Part shown: positions 50,212-60,294 of the stretch, in pieces
How positions within the stretch are numbered: position 1 is the stretch's first letter
Layout: each line of letters starts with the position of its first letter
Assembly (NCBI GenBank): GCA_023394415.1
Contig: JAEXAR010000034.1
Span: forward strand, 24,298 to 88,297
Direction: 5' to 3'
DNA length: 64,000 nucleotides
DNA from: Bacteroidota bacterium
Lineage (GTDB): Bacteria; Bacteroidota; Bacteroidia; Flavobacteriales; Weeksellaceae
Notes under the pieces: model-generated
The model's input: the letters and a program-made list of their open reading frames with translations, nothing else
The model's database searches: none
What the model was told of the DNA's origin: nothing
Program-made: the position numbers and the translations under genes

Positions 50212-51600
50212 ATGAAAACAAAATTTTTTCTAATTGCATTTTTTGCAATATTTCAAACACTTTTCGCACAGGATATTACTGGTTCTTGGAGCGGTGAACT
50301 CGACGTGCAGGGTACAAAACTTCCATTGATTTTCAATATTCACAAAGATGGAAATGGCTATAAATCTGATTTTGACAGTCCGATGCAAGGTGCAAAAGCT
50401 ATCCCGATTCAAAAAACAGATTTTCAGAAAAATGATATTACTTTCGATGCCTCAAATATTGGTATCACCTATAAAGGACAATTGAAAGGAAACAAAATTG
50501 AAGGCAATTTTTCTCAAAACGGAATGAATTTACCGTTAAACCTCGAAAGAAAGACCAATGTAGAAACTGTCTTGAAGCGTCCGCAAACGCCTAAACCACC
50601 TTTTAGTTATCAAACCGAAGAAGTATTTTTAAATAATGAAACTGAAGGGAATAAACTTGCCGGAACTTTGGCCACACCAAAAGTATTTTCTAAAAATTCT
50701 CCAATATTAGTGATGATTACAGGTAGTGGTGCTCAAAATCGTGATGAAGAACTTTTTGGGCATAAACCTTTTGCTGTAATTGCGGATGATTTTGCAAAAA
50801 AAGGCATTGCTACTCTTCGTTTGGATGACAGAGGTGTTGGCAGTTCAGAAAAAGGAAAAGCAGGACCAACTTCAGCAGATTTTTCAGGCGACATCAACTC
50901 AGCGGTTAATTTTCTCGCGAAAAGAGGCTATAAAAATATAGGATTAATAGGACACAGCGAAGGTGGAATGATTGCGCCAATGGTTTCACTAAAAAATAAA
51001 AATGTAAAATTTATGGTTTTAATGGCTGCTCCGGGAAAACCAACCACTGAATTATTGTTAAAACAATCCTATGATCTCGGAAAAGCAGCAGGAGCAACCG
51101 AAGACGTTCTAAAAACAAACGAAATGCTCAACAAAAAAATATTTGATTACATCACCCATTACAAAGGAAAAGATTTAAAATTGGATATAAAGTCATTACT
51201 AATTGAAGATTTGAAAAAACTACCAAAAGAACAGATAACGGCGGAGCAGATTGAGCAGACAGCAGAAGCACAAGCCAAACAGGTTTCCAGCCCGTGGTTT
51301 CAGTATTTTATTAAATTTAATCCGGATAACTATTTATCTAAAATTAAAATTCCGGTTTTGGCTATTAATGGAGGTTTAGACTTACAGGTTTCTGCAAAAG
51401 AAAATCTGGAAGGCATTAAAAAATCCCTGACAAAAGCCGGAAACAAAAATTTTGAGACCCTTGAGTTTCCCGGGATGAATCACCTGTTTCAAAATGCAAA
51501 AACGGGTTCAGTTTCTGAATATGGACAAATTGAGGAAACCATTTCACCAAAAGTTTTAGACAAAATGAGTGAATGGATTTTGAAAACAGATAACTATTAA
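50212..51600 (+). CDS. Secreted alpha/beta hydrolase (S9-like / dienelactone-hydrolase-like)
   Basis: Signal peptide and a nucleophile elbow GHSEGG. Confidence 0.6.
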   Translation: MKTKFFLIAFFAIFQTLFAQDITGSWSGELDVQGTKLPLIFNIHKDGNGYKSDFDSPMQGAKAIPIQKTDFQKNDITFDASNIGITYKGQLKGNKIEGNFSQNGMNLPLNLERKTNVETVLKRPQTPKPPFSYQTEEVFLNNETEGNKLAGTLATPKVFSKNSPILVMITGSGAQNRDEELFGHKPFAVIADDFAKKGIATLRLDDRGVGSSEKGKAGPTSADFSGDINSAVNFLAKRGYKNIGLIGHSEGGMIAPMVSLKNKNVKFMVLMAAPGKPTTELLLKQSYDLGKAAGATEDVLKTNEMLNKKIFDYITHYKGKDLKLDIKSLLIEDLKKLPKEQITAEQIEQTAEAQAKQVSSPWFQYFIKFNPDNYLSKIKIPVLAINGGLDLQVSAKENLEGIKKSLTKAGNKNFETLEFPGMNHLFQNAKTGSVSEYGQIEETISPKVLDKMSEWILKTDNY

Positions 51601-51604
51601 TACG

Positions 51605-51802
51605 ATGGAAAACGAAAAATCAAAATGGATTTGGGGAATTTTCTACTATAATCCTGATGATAAAAGATTGTTCCCACCAAAACGTAATCCTGCATTTGGA
51701 TGGACGGTTAATTTGGCAAATCCAAAATCTGTTTTGGCTTTGCTTGCCATGATTCTATTTTTTGGCTTTATCATTTTAATGATTGAGAGCAAAAACAAAT
51801 AA
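51605..51802 (+). CDS. DUF5808-like small membrane protein
   Basis: WIWGIFYYNPDDKRLFPPKR motif plus a C-terminal TM. Confidence 0.5.
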   Translation: MENEKSKWIWGIFYYNPDDKRLFPPKRNPAFGWTVNLANPKSVLALLAMILFFGFIILMIESKNK

Positions 51803-51886
51803 ATTTTAGTCCAAAAAATTTATTGCGTTGTTAAAGCTTTAAGCCTTAACAACGCTTTATTTTTTTATTTTTACAAAAAATTTTAG

Positions 51887-52546
51887 ATGCCTTTCAAAAC
51901 AGTTCTATTTGATATGGATGGTGTAATTGTAGACACAGAACCTCTTCATCGTAAAGCCTATTACAAAATGTTTGATGATTTTGGGATTGAAGTGGATGAT
52001 GAATTCTATTCTACATTTACAGGTTCATCCACCAAAAGTGTTTGCGAAAGACTTATTGAAAAATATCAACTGGAACATTCTTGGGAAGATGTTGCAGCGA
52101 TTAAACGAAATTATTTCAAACATTATTTTGATACCGATCCGGATTTTGATCTTATTTCGGGTGTTAAAGATTTAATCCTGCATTATTTTGAAAACAATAT
52201 CAAACTGGTTTTGGCATCTTCAGCACATATGAACACCATCAATTGGGTTTTCGAAAAATTTGATCTCGAACGCTATTTCATTGCTAAAATTAGTGGAGCA
52301 GATTTAAAGGAATCGAAGCCACATCCTGAAATTTTTGAACTCGCTGCAAAACTTTCCGGTGAACCAAAAGAAAATTGTTTGGTAATAGAAGACTCAACGA
52401 ACGGCATAAAAGCTGCCAATGCTGCAGGAATTTTTTGTGCGGCGTATGTCAGTGAACATTCTGCACTTCAACATTATGAAACGGCAGATATTGTGGTGTA
52501 TGAATTTAGTGAACTTGAGGTTGAAAAAATGGTGAAATATTTTTAA
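51887..52546 (+). CDS. HAD family hydrolase (beta-phosphoglucomutase-like)
   Basis: Motif I VLFDMDGVIVDTE. Confidence 0.75.
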   Translation: MPFKTVLFDMDGVIVDTEPLHRKAYYKMFDDFGIEVDDEFYSTFTGSSTKSVCERLIEKYQLEHSWEDVAAIKRNYFKHYFDTDPDFDLISGVKDLILHYFENNIKLVLASSAHMNTINWVFEKFDLERYFIAKISGADLKESKPHPEIFELAAKLSGEPKENCLVIEDSTNGIKAANAAGIFCAAYVSEHSALQHYETADIVVYEFSELEVEKMVKYF

Positions 52547-52587
52547 TTACACACTCATAAGAAATCACTACGAATAGAAGTATGGTT

Positions 52588-52637
52588 TCGGATAAAGCCA
52601 ATTTAGCTTTTAAAAAAAACGGGCTAAAGCCCGTTCC
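52588..52637. repeat. Bipartite intergenic repeat, copy 3 (degenerate first half ... ACGGGCTAAAGCCCGT); also a terminator
   Basis: ggataaagccaatttagctttt aaaaaaaa CGGGCTAAAGCCCG sits between the convergent genes. Confidence 0.6.
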
Positions 52638-52712
52638 TACTGATATTTTGTATAATTTTTTCTTCTGCCTTCGGCAACGACTTCCAGCTTCCATCACCCA
52701 GCTTCCAGCCAA

Positions 52713-54104
52713 TTAATATCCCAATAATTTCAATACATCTTCCGGCTCCTGTTTTTCACGGAAAATCTCGTACTGGAAATTGCCTTCTTCATCTTTTTGA
52801 ATTAAAACATGTCTTGGCTGTGGCATTAAACAGTGGTGAACACCTCCATAACCACCAATCGTTTCTTGATACGCTCCTGTATGGAAAAACCCGATGTATA
52901 AAGGCTTTGTATCACTGAAAACCGGCAAATAAATCGCATTGGTATGCTGTTCAGAATTATAGTAATCATCAGAATCGCAGGTTAAACCACCAAGAAAAAC
53001 CCTTTCGTAAGTATCATCCCAACGGTTCAGCGGAAGCATAATGAAATGTCTTGAAATTGCCCAAGTGTCAGGAAGCGTAGTCATAAAAGATGAATCAATC
53101 ATATTCCATTTTTCTCGGTCATTCTGGCGTTTTTGCGAGATAATTTTGTAAAGGTTAGCACCACTCTCTCCTACTGTAAAACTACCAAATTCCGTATAAA
53201 TATTTGGTTCTTCCACACCTTCTTCCTCACAGAATTTTTTAATTTGGAATACAATTTCCTCAACCATATATTGGTAATCGTAATCAAAATTTAATGATGT
53301 TTTTATTGGGAAACCACCACCAATATTAAGGGAATCAACTTCGGGTGCGATTTTCTTCAAACGGGCATAAACACGGAGACATTTGTACAATTCGTTCCAA
53401 TAATATGCTGTATCTTTTATCCCGGTGTTGATAAAGAAGTGCAGCATTTTCAACCTCGCATTTGGGTGTTCTGCAATTTTTTGAGAATAATATGGGATGA
53501 TGTCTTTGTAACCAATTCCCAATCTTGAGGTATAAAATTCAAATTTTGGCTCTTCTTCCGATGCAATACGGATTCCGATGTTGAAAGTAGCATCAATACT
53601 TTCTGTAAGTTTATCCAGTTCTCTGTAATTATCGAGGATTGGCGTGATGTTTTCGAAACCGTTATTCACCATTTCAGAAATTTTCTGAAGGTAATCGTCG
53701 GTCTTAAATCCGTTACAAATCACTTCGATATTTTTATCCACTTTCCCTTTGTCATAAAGCGATTTCACGATGTCCATATCGTAAGCTGATGAGGTTTCTA
53801 TAGAAATATCATTCTTCAGAGCTTCTTCGATAACAAAATTAAAATGGCTCGATTTTGTGCAGTAGCAATAGCGATAACTCTTGGTATAATCGTGTTTATC
53901 AAACGCTTCTTTAAACCAGCCTTTTGCACGCTGAATATTTTGTGAAATTTTTGGCAGGTAACTTATTTTCAAAGGAGTTCCAAACTGTTCGATAACCTCC
54001 ATTAAAGGAATATCGTGAAATAATAGTTTGTTTTCAGCCACGTTGAATTCTTCGGTAGGGAAATAAAGTGTCTGGTCGATGAGTTCGGAATACTTAATTT
54101 TCAT
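52713..54104 (-). CDS. speA: Arginine decarboxylase (short biosynthetic SpeA type; PLP fold-type III)
   Basis: LGGLTCDSDDYY and HTGAYQETIGG match the SpeA C-terminal motifs. Confidence 0.65.
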   Translation of the reverse strand: MKIKYSELIDQTLYFPTEEFNVAENKLLFHDIPLMEVIEQFGTPLKISYLPKISQNIQRAKGWFKEAFDKHDYTKSYRYCYCTKSSHFNFVIEEALKNDISIETSSAYDMDIVKSLYDKGKVDKNIEVICNGFKTDDYLQKISEMVNNGFENITPILDNYRELDKLTESIDATFNIGIRIASEEEPKFEFYTSRLGIGYKDIIPYYSQKIAEHPNARLKMLHFFINTGIKDTAYYWNELYKCLRVYARLKKIAPEVDSLNIGGGFPIKTSLNFDYDYQYMVEEIVFQIKKFCEEEGVEEPNIYTEFGSFTVGESGANLYKIISQKRQNDREKWNMIDSSFMTTLPDTWAISRHFIMLPLNRWDDTYERVFLGGLTCDSDDYYNSEQHTNAIYLPVFSDTKPLYIGFFHTGAYQETIGGYGGVHHCLMPQPRHVLIQKDEEGNFQYEIFREKQEPEDVLKLLGY

Positions 54105-54247
54105 TCTCCAAAAAAGTGAATAATAAGGTTTGAATTAAATTTTTTGCTTTAAAAAAAATGCTCTGCAAAATTGCGAAAAAAGAATGAATTTTTGGGTTAT
54201 TTTTTAATTTGAAAGTAACTAAAAACTAAAATTTACAAAAAACGACT

Positions 54248-54889
54248 TTATAGATAGTTTTGTCCAATAAAAATCAGCATATCACCCGATTCATAATGAA
54301 CTGAAATTTCATCATCTACTGCAAAATTGCGTGTTCCAATTTGATCCGTAATTTTAAGTGTAGCTGAATTTAAAGGCCAGTTTAAGCCACTTGTAGTAAC
54401 TTTTTCTGCTATTGGAAACGGATACAGAGAAATCATTTTATCCTTCATTCCATTCAAAACAAAATGTTTAGGAAGAAAATAATAGGTAGAAAACCCATCA
54501 AAAAATTGAATATCTAGTTGATTTTTAAACGAATATGCTACGGTAAGATTTCCTAAAAAATGATCCATCTCTCCACCACTTCCGCCATAAACATCAACTT
54601 TTGAAACGCCTTTCTCAATTAAAATTTCAAGAGACTTACCAAAGTCAGCTTTGTCCTGATCCGGAGTATGAATAAATTTTTCCTGATAAATAGACTCATC
54701 CAAACCGGAATGCGAATCAAAATCACCGGAAATAAAATCTAGTTTCTGTAAAGGGAAATCCAATGATTTTAAATAATGAAAAGCTCCATCTGAACAAGCA
54801 ATGATATTATAACCCTCGGTTTCAGGAAGAGTTTTCGGAGGTTCGCCATTAATGAAAAGGAGTGCTTTATTTTGTCCCGCAGATTTCAC
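54248..54889 (-). CDS. thiamine diphosphokinase
   Basis: DGAFHYL...SGDFDS and a C-terminal TPK B1-binding domain. Confidence 0.6.
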   Translation of the reverse strand: MKSAGQNKALLFINGEPPKTLPETEGYNIIACSDGAFHYLKSLDFPLQKLDFISGDFDSHSGLDESIYQEKFIHTPDQDKADFGKSLEILIEKGVSKVDVYGGSGGEMDHFLGNLTVAYSFKNQLDIQFFDGFSTYYFLPKHFVLNGMKDKMISLYPFPIAEKVTTSGLNWPLNSATLKITDQIGTRNFAVDDEISVHYESGDMLIFIGQNYL

Positions 54890-54946
54890 AGATTACACAG
54901 ATATTATTTTTAATCTTTAAATAATGAATTTTATAGTTGGTTCTTT

Positions 54947-55522
54947 TTACTTGGATCTTTGCGAAGGATTCCAATATTCCTCTCCTTCTTGATTAAGTTT
55001 TGAAATGTAACGGGCTAAAACAAAAAGATAATCGGAAAGTCTATTTAAATATTTTATCAATTCCGGACGCACTTCTTCGGTTTCATTTAAAAAAACCAAA
55101 GCTCGTTCTGCACGTCTGCAAACAGTTCTTGCAACGTGAAGCGATGTTGCTGCTTTTCCACCTCCTGGAAGTATGAAAAATTGTAAAGGCTCTAAATGTT
55201 CATCCATTTCATCCATCCATTTTTCTAATTCTTCAATTTCTTTTTCAGAAATGATGAGTGGAAGTCGTGAATTTCCATTGGCCAAAAACATTTTATCAAC
55301 AGGCGTTGCCGATTCGGAACCAACTGTAAACAAGTCAAACTGAATTTTTTTGAGTTGTGAAAGCACTTTTTCATCAGAAATTTCAGATTTTGCCAATCCG
55401 ATAAATGCATTTAATTCATCAATCGTTCCGTAACTTTCAACTCTTGCTGAAGCTTTGGATACTCGCGTTCCTCCGTATAGTGCCGTTTCTCCTTTGTCAC
55501 CGGTTTTTGTATAAATCTTCAT
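54947..55522 (-). CDS. cob(I)yrinic acid a,c-diamide adenosyltransferase (PduO type)
   Basis: MKIYTKTGDKGETALYGGTRVSK. Confidence 0.8.
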   Translation of the reverse strand: MKIYTKTGDKGETALYGGTRVSKASARVESYGTIDELNAFIGLAKSEISDEKVLSQLKKIQFDLFTVGSESATPVDKMFLANGNSRLPLIISEKEIEELEKWMDEMDEHLEPLQFFILPGGGKAATSLHVARTVCRRAERALVFLNETEEVRPELIKYLNRLSDYLFVLARYISKLNQEGEEYWNPSQRSK

Positions 55523-55527
55523 ATTTT

Positions 55528-55563
55528 AAAGTCCGAAGACGGAAGTCCGAAGTCCGAAGACTT
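55528..55563. repeat. (GTCCGAAG)n repeat block, left arm of the inverted pair around the four-helix-bundle gene
   Basis: aaagtccgaagacggaagtccgaagtccgaagactt. Confidence 0.6.
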
Positions 55564-55604
55564 ACAAATTGTATAATAAACTTCCGCTCCTATTTTTAAT
55601 TTTA

Positions 55605-55955
55605 TTATAAACTGTTTCGTAATGCAACTATTTGATTCATAAGATTGAATGCTTCATCATAATTCTTTTTAAAAACTTCTTCTGAAACATAGTCCCTGAA
55701 TTTGGCTTTGTAGAGACAAGTCACAACCTCAGCCAATGAACGAATTGAATATCCTAAAAATTTGCTGAATTCAGCGTTAGTTTTTCCAACAGAGCCTTCA
55801 GAAATATTGAGACCAACACTGTCAACCGCTCTTCTCAACTGTGAAGTTAAATTAAAAGTTTCTTCTTTTGGAAAGTTTAAAGTCAATTTATAAATAGTCT
55901 CAGCATATTCCATTGAGATTTGCCAAACCCTTAACTTTTCAAACTTGAAACTCAT
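55605..55955 (-). CDS. Four helix bundle protein (TIGR02436 family, the '23S rRNA intervening-sequence protein')
   Basis: The 116-aa sequence MSFKFEKLRVWQISMEYAETIYKL...RAVDSVGLNISEG matches the family. Confidence 0.8.
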   Translation of the reverse strand: MSFKFEKLRVWQISMEYAETIYKLTLNFPKEETFNLTSQLRRAVDSVGLNISEGSVGKTNAEFSKFLGYSIRSLAEVVTCLYKAKFRDYVSEEVFKKNYDEAFNLMNQIVALRNSL

Positions 55956-55994
55956 CTTTAAAATTTCTCTGAAATTACTAAAAATATACGAATC

Positions 55995-56033
55995 TTCTTC
56001 GGACTTCGGATTTCGGACTTCGGACTTCGGACT
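55995..56033. repeat. (CTTCGGAC)n repeat block, right arm in inverted orientation
   Basis: cttcttcggacttcggatttcggacttcggacttcggact. Confidence 0.6.
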
Positions 56034-56035
56034 CC

Positions 56036-56611
56036 CTACTTCTTCACTTCTACAAACTGGTAAACCATTTGGTCCTTCGGATTGTAAATAATAGTGCTGG
56101 AATTGGGGAAGCGTTTTACCTTGTAATATTCAATATTTTTATCATTCTTGATGTCATCCAGAAAACTTAAATCGATAGTGTTGGCGGGAAGAAATTTTTG
56201 AAAAAAGGTGATTTTCTCAATAATTAATGCACCATCAACTTTTTGATATTCCTTTAGCGACTGGGTTTCATTAGTTGTTGGTTGCTCAACTAAAGATTTC
56301 AGTAAAAGATCTTTATCGGTGGTTTTATATTTGAAAACATAGAATGGCTGTCCATTTGGAAAGGCCACTTTCTTACCAATTTCGTTTTCTACCAAGGCTG
56401 AATTTTGATTCGGAAAGATGCTGTCAAACTTGATGTTTTGCGCATTTACAATTTTGTTCAGTTGATCATTTACCGTTTCCTGTATGGCTTCGTTAGCTTT
56501 CTGTTGTGCCTTTTCTTTGGCAGTAGTTACGGTTTCACTCACCACTTCTTCAATTTTTTTACAAGATATTAAAGACAATGATGCAAAAAGGATTACTATT
56601 TTATTTTTCAT
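56036..56611 (-). CDS. Hypothetical lipoprotein
   Basis: Lipobox ISC. No family recognised. Confidence 0.4.
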   Translation of the reverse strand: MKNKIVILFASLSLISCKKIEEVVSETVTTAKEKAQQKANEAIQETVNDQLNKIVNAQNIKFDSIFPNQNSALVENEIGKKVAFPNGQPFYVFKYKTTDKDLLLKSLVEQPTTNETQSLKEYQKVDGALIIEKITFFQKFLPANTIDLSFLDDIKNDKNIEYYKVKRFPNSSTIIYNPKDQMVYQFVEVKK

Positions 56612-56622
56612 AAGTTCGAAAT

Positions 56623-58428
56623 CTAATTTTCTCGATACGAATTTACTAATTTATCCAGATTTAAACTTCGAGCCGAAGCATCGAATATTTTACGGTATGT
56701 TCCGTTAATGTGCATCAGTTCATCGTGGTTTCCGTTTTCTACAACCCGACCTTTTTCCATCACATAAATTTTATCAGAATCCAGAATTTGCGACAAAGAA
56801 TGCGATATCATAATCACTGTTCTACCCTCTTTTATAGCATCCAAAGAGTTTTTAATCTGTTCCGTTGCAATGGCATCTAAACTTGCTGTAGGCTCATCAA
56901 GGAAAATAATGGGTGGATTTTTAAGAAATAATCGAGCTATGGCAATGCGTTGCTGTTGTCCGCCAGAAAGCTGTGTAGCATCGTGTTTATAGGTTTCAGG
57001 AAGTTCCATAATCTGATTGTCGAGATACGCTTTTTTTGCTGCTTCCTGTATATCATCAAATGAGGCATCCATATTTCCGTAACGAATATTATCTTCTATA
57101 CTTCCCTGGAAAATATGATTTTTTTGAAGCACCAAACCAATATCATCCCGCAAAAACTCATTGTCATAATCGTTCAAGTCTAAATGATCGAGCAGAATTT
57201 TACCTGAATTTGGCAAATAGAATTTACATAAAAGGTTGATAACTGTCGATTTTCCTGCTCCACTTAATCCCACCAAAGCGGTAGTTTTTCCACTTTCAAT
57301 TTTCATTGAAACGTTATGAAGCGCCTTTGTTCCGTTTGGATAAGTGAAATCGACGTTTTGAAGTTCAAAATTACCCTTTATTTCAGGTTTTTGATTTCCG
57401 TTGGGCTCTTTTTCCGAATCGGCATTTAAAATATCAAAATATGCTTCTGCGTAAATCATCGCACCATTCATATCATCATAAATACGATGCAACTGACGAA
57501 TAGGTGCAGAAACATTATTGAACAACATAATGTGCAGCATAATCGCACCAATCGTCATTTGTTGATTGAGAACGAGATAAACCGTAAGCAGAATCACCAA
57601 AACCACTCCGAACTGCTCGATAAAGGTCTTTAAACCATCATAGAAAAAATTGGTTTTACGCGTATACATCTGGCTTTCCATCAACTGCATCTGAAGATCG
57701 TATTGTTTTTTGCCCTCAAATTTTTCCCGAACGAAACTTTTAATCACCATAATTGAATTGATGAGATTGAGAAGACCTGAAGTTTTCTGCTCTCTCTGGT
57801 TTCTTAAAGTTCTGCGGACACCACTCAATTTTTTAGCCTGAAGTGAACTTACCCAAAAATATATGGGAACCACCACTGTGGATACTAAACCAACATAAAC
57901 ATTCTGCATATACATAACCACCAAAGCAATAATAGCATTGGAAAATAGTGGTAAAATATCGATAAAAAAGTTCTGAACCAGGCGTGTTAAACTTTCAATT
58001 CCTCGATCGATTCTGGTTTGTAGTTTACCAGATTGATGGTTTTCATCCGAAAAATAAGCCACTTTATACGTGAGGATTTTGTCGATAGCAGTTTGCGCCA
58101 AGACAGAACTGGTATTGATTCTGATTTTCTCTCCATAAAATTTTTGTCCGAAATTGATGAAAATATTCAGCAGTTCTTTACCTAATAAAATAGCTGAAAT
58201 CACCACTAAAACATGAATTCCTTCGTTCATCGGTTCTGGAAGTTTGATGAGTTGTTCCACCTCATCTACGGTATATTTCAGCACCAAAGGATTGACCTGA
58301 GCCATTAAAGCTCCGATAAAGGTAAGCGCTAACGTTCCGAAAATCATCCATTTATAAGGTTTTATAAATGGAAGTATCTGCCGGTAAATTCCGATAAGTG
58401 TGACCGTTCTGTTGAAAGGTTTTGCCAT
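56623..58428 (-). CDS. ABC transporter permease/ATP-binding protein (exporter, MsbA-like)
   Basis: Six TM helices plus an NBD with Walker A GLSGAGKST and the LSGGQQQR motif. Confidence 0.8.
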   Translation of the reverse strand: MAKPFNRTVTLIGIYRQILPFIKPYKWMIFGTLALTFIGALMAQVNPLVLKYTVDEVEQLIKLPEPMNEGIHVLVVISAILLGKELLNIFINFGQKFYGEKIRINTSSVLAQTAIDKILTYKVAYFSDENHQSGKLQTRIDRGIESLTRLVQNFFIDILPLFSNAIIALVVMYMQNVYVGLVSTVVVPIYFWVSSLQAKKLSGVRRTLRNQREQKTSGLLNLINSIMVIKSFVREKFEGKKQYDLQMQLMESQMYTRKTNFFYDGLKTFIEQFGVVLVILLTVYLVLNQQMTIGAIMLHIMLFNNVSAPIRQLHRIYDDMNGAMIYAEAYFDILNADSEKEPNGNQKPEIKGNFELQNVDFTYPNGTKALHNVSMKIESGKTTALVGLSGAGKSTVINLLCKFYLPNSGKILLDHLDLNDYDNEFLRDDIGLVLQKNHIFQGSIEDNIRYGNMDASFDDIQEAAKKAYLDNQIMELPETYKHDATQLSGGQQQRIAIARLFLKNPPIIFLDEPTASLDAIATEQIKNSLDAIKEGRTVIMISHSLSQILDSDKIYVMEKGRVVENGNHDELMHINGTYRKIFDASARSLNLDKLVNSYREN

Positions 58429-58473
58429 ATTTGAAAAGAGCCGGAACGTTCCGACTCCATAAATTTGTTTTTT

Positions 58474-60222
58474 TTAAACGGTTGTTGTAGATTTTACAGC
58501 CGTTTTTTCTTTAGGTTTTTCCACGGGCTTCACGATATTTTTCATCAGCATTGATTTCAGTTTACGATCTCTAACATAAATATCGTTGCTGAATATCAAA
58601 TTCCCGCTGTGATCTACCCAAGTTGTAAAATAAGTTAAATGTACCGGCATTTTCTTCGCTAAAACCACCCGATTTTCTTTGCCTTTGTTCATTTTTTCAA
58701 CAATTAAACTGTCGGTGATGTCCTTATTGTCTTTCAAAACAAATTTTGCAAGTTTTACCGGATCTGAAACCCTTACACAACCTGAGCTTTGAGCTTTATT
58801 TTTACTTTTAAACAAATATTTTTCGTTAGTATCGTGCAAATAGATGTTGTAGGTGTTGGGAAACATAAATTTGGCCTGTCCCAGAGGGTTTTTCGGGCCG
58901 GGTTTCTGTCTGATGAGAGGCAAATCTTTTGTGAGTTTTCCTACTTTTTCCATGCCGTTTCTTTGCAAATAGGTAGAGCTTCGCTTCATAGCAGGAAGCA
59001 CTTTTCTCTTCAATATTCCTTGCGGAATGTTCCAGTACGGACTGAAATCGACATAAGCCATTTTATCACTGAAAGCAATGGTTCTGCGCTTTGAATTTCC
59101 CACAATTACATCCATATCCCAAAGATAATTCTGGGAATTGTAGGCAAAAAGTTTATACGCCGGAATGTTTACCATCAAATATTCATCATCTTCCGGACTT
59201 ACCCAACGCATTCTTTCAAGATTTACGAGCATTCTTTCAAGACGGTCTCTTCCGGGTACATTCAATGATTCTAAGAAAGATTTACCAATAACATTAGACG
59301 AGTCTAAGGAATGTCTGTACTGAAACTGATGTACTGCCGACAACATTTCCTTATCAAATTCCCCATTTTTAGTATCCGTTTTTAAATCTCCAAGGAGAAA
59401 AAGCCTTTCCTTGATTTTAGCAATCACCGAAGAACTGTCACCCAATTTGTACGTTCCTGCCGGAAATTGATAGGTAACCGTATCTAAACCTTTATGATGA
59501 AAATCTAAAATTTTTTCTTTTAATGTGGTAAAATGTCTGTGAATGGGTTCATCTTTATAAATCTTCCCGCCATTTTGAGCTGCAAGATTCATCATTTCCA
59601 GTGCATCGAATTTTTCTACAGGCTTCATCCAGTTTGCTTGTTTTGCAAGTTCGTTGGCTTTACCTTCAAAAGTTCTCTTGCTATAAGCGATGTATTGTGA
59701 TGTGAGCATGAGTTCTACTTTCTCCTCATCTTCTTTTGCTATTTCATTATCCATCATTTTATAGAATCTGTTGTGATATGGCAAATCGATTTTCTTACCA
59801 TCCTTTTCAAGATTCATCAGTCTTACAGCTAAATGATCTGCCTGTTCAGAAAGTCCATCTTTATCAAACCATGCATAAGCACTATCACGGTTTTTGTAAA
59901 ATTCATCAATTTCGTTTTTATAAGGCGCAAATTCTTTAAATTCATTAAAAAAATATCCTATGGAATCGAGTTCCAGTTTTTTTTCAGTTTGTGTACTGAA
60001 AGCGCCAATTAAGGTTGGATCAAAATTAACATCCAGAACTTCCCCTTCGTTGACAAAGCCTCGTTCATAATTGGCGGTATCGGTTGCTATATTTGAATCT
60101 TCTGTTGCCGTTATATTCTCATTTTTTTTTGTGCAAAATTGCATTAGCAACGTGATAAGGGCAAAAAGCAGGTAATGATATGTTTTCATGGCTATATTGA
60201 TAATGAAAGGTAAAATTTTCAC
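58474..60222 (-). CDS. L,D-transpeptidase family protein (YkuD domain)
   Basis: C-terminal catalytic motif YLHDTNEKYLFKSKNKAQSSGCVRV and a large N-terminal domain. Confidence 0.7.
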   Translation of the reverse strand: MKILPFIINIAMKTYHYLLFALITLLMQFCTKKNENITATEDSNIATDTANYERGFVNEGEVLDVNFDPTLIGAFSTQTEKKLELDSIGYFFNEFKEFAPYKNEIDEFYKNRDSAYAWFDKDGLSEQADHLAVRLMNLEKDGKKIDLPYHNRFYKMMDNEIAKEDEEKVELMLTSQYIAYSKRTFEGKANELAKQANWMKPVEKFDALEMMNLAAQNGGKIYKDEPIHRHFTTLKEKILDFHHKGLDTVTYQFPAGTYKLGDSSSVIAKIKERLFLLGDLKTDTKNGEFDKEMLSAVHQFQYRHSLDSSNVIGKSFLESLNVPGRDRLERMLVNLERMRWVSPEDDEYLMVNIPAYKLFAYNSQNYLWDMDVIVGNSKRRTIAFSDKMAYVDFSPYWNIPQGILKRKVLPAMKRSSTYLQRNGMEKVGKLTKDLPLIRQKPGPKNPLGQAKFMFPNTYNIYLHDTNEKYLFKSKNKAQSSGCVRVSDPVKLAKFVLKDNKDITDSLIVEKMNKGKENRVVLAKKMPVHLTYFTTWVDHSGNLIFSNDIYVRDRKLKSMLMKNIVKPVEKPKEKTAVKSTTTV

Positions 60223-60294
60223 CGCAAAATATACGATAAAATAACAAAAAACCTTACAGAATTTCGTTTATAATTTATAATGAAAGTTGAATAT

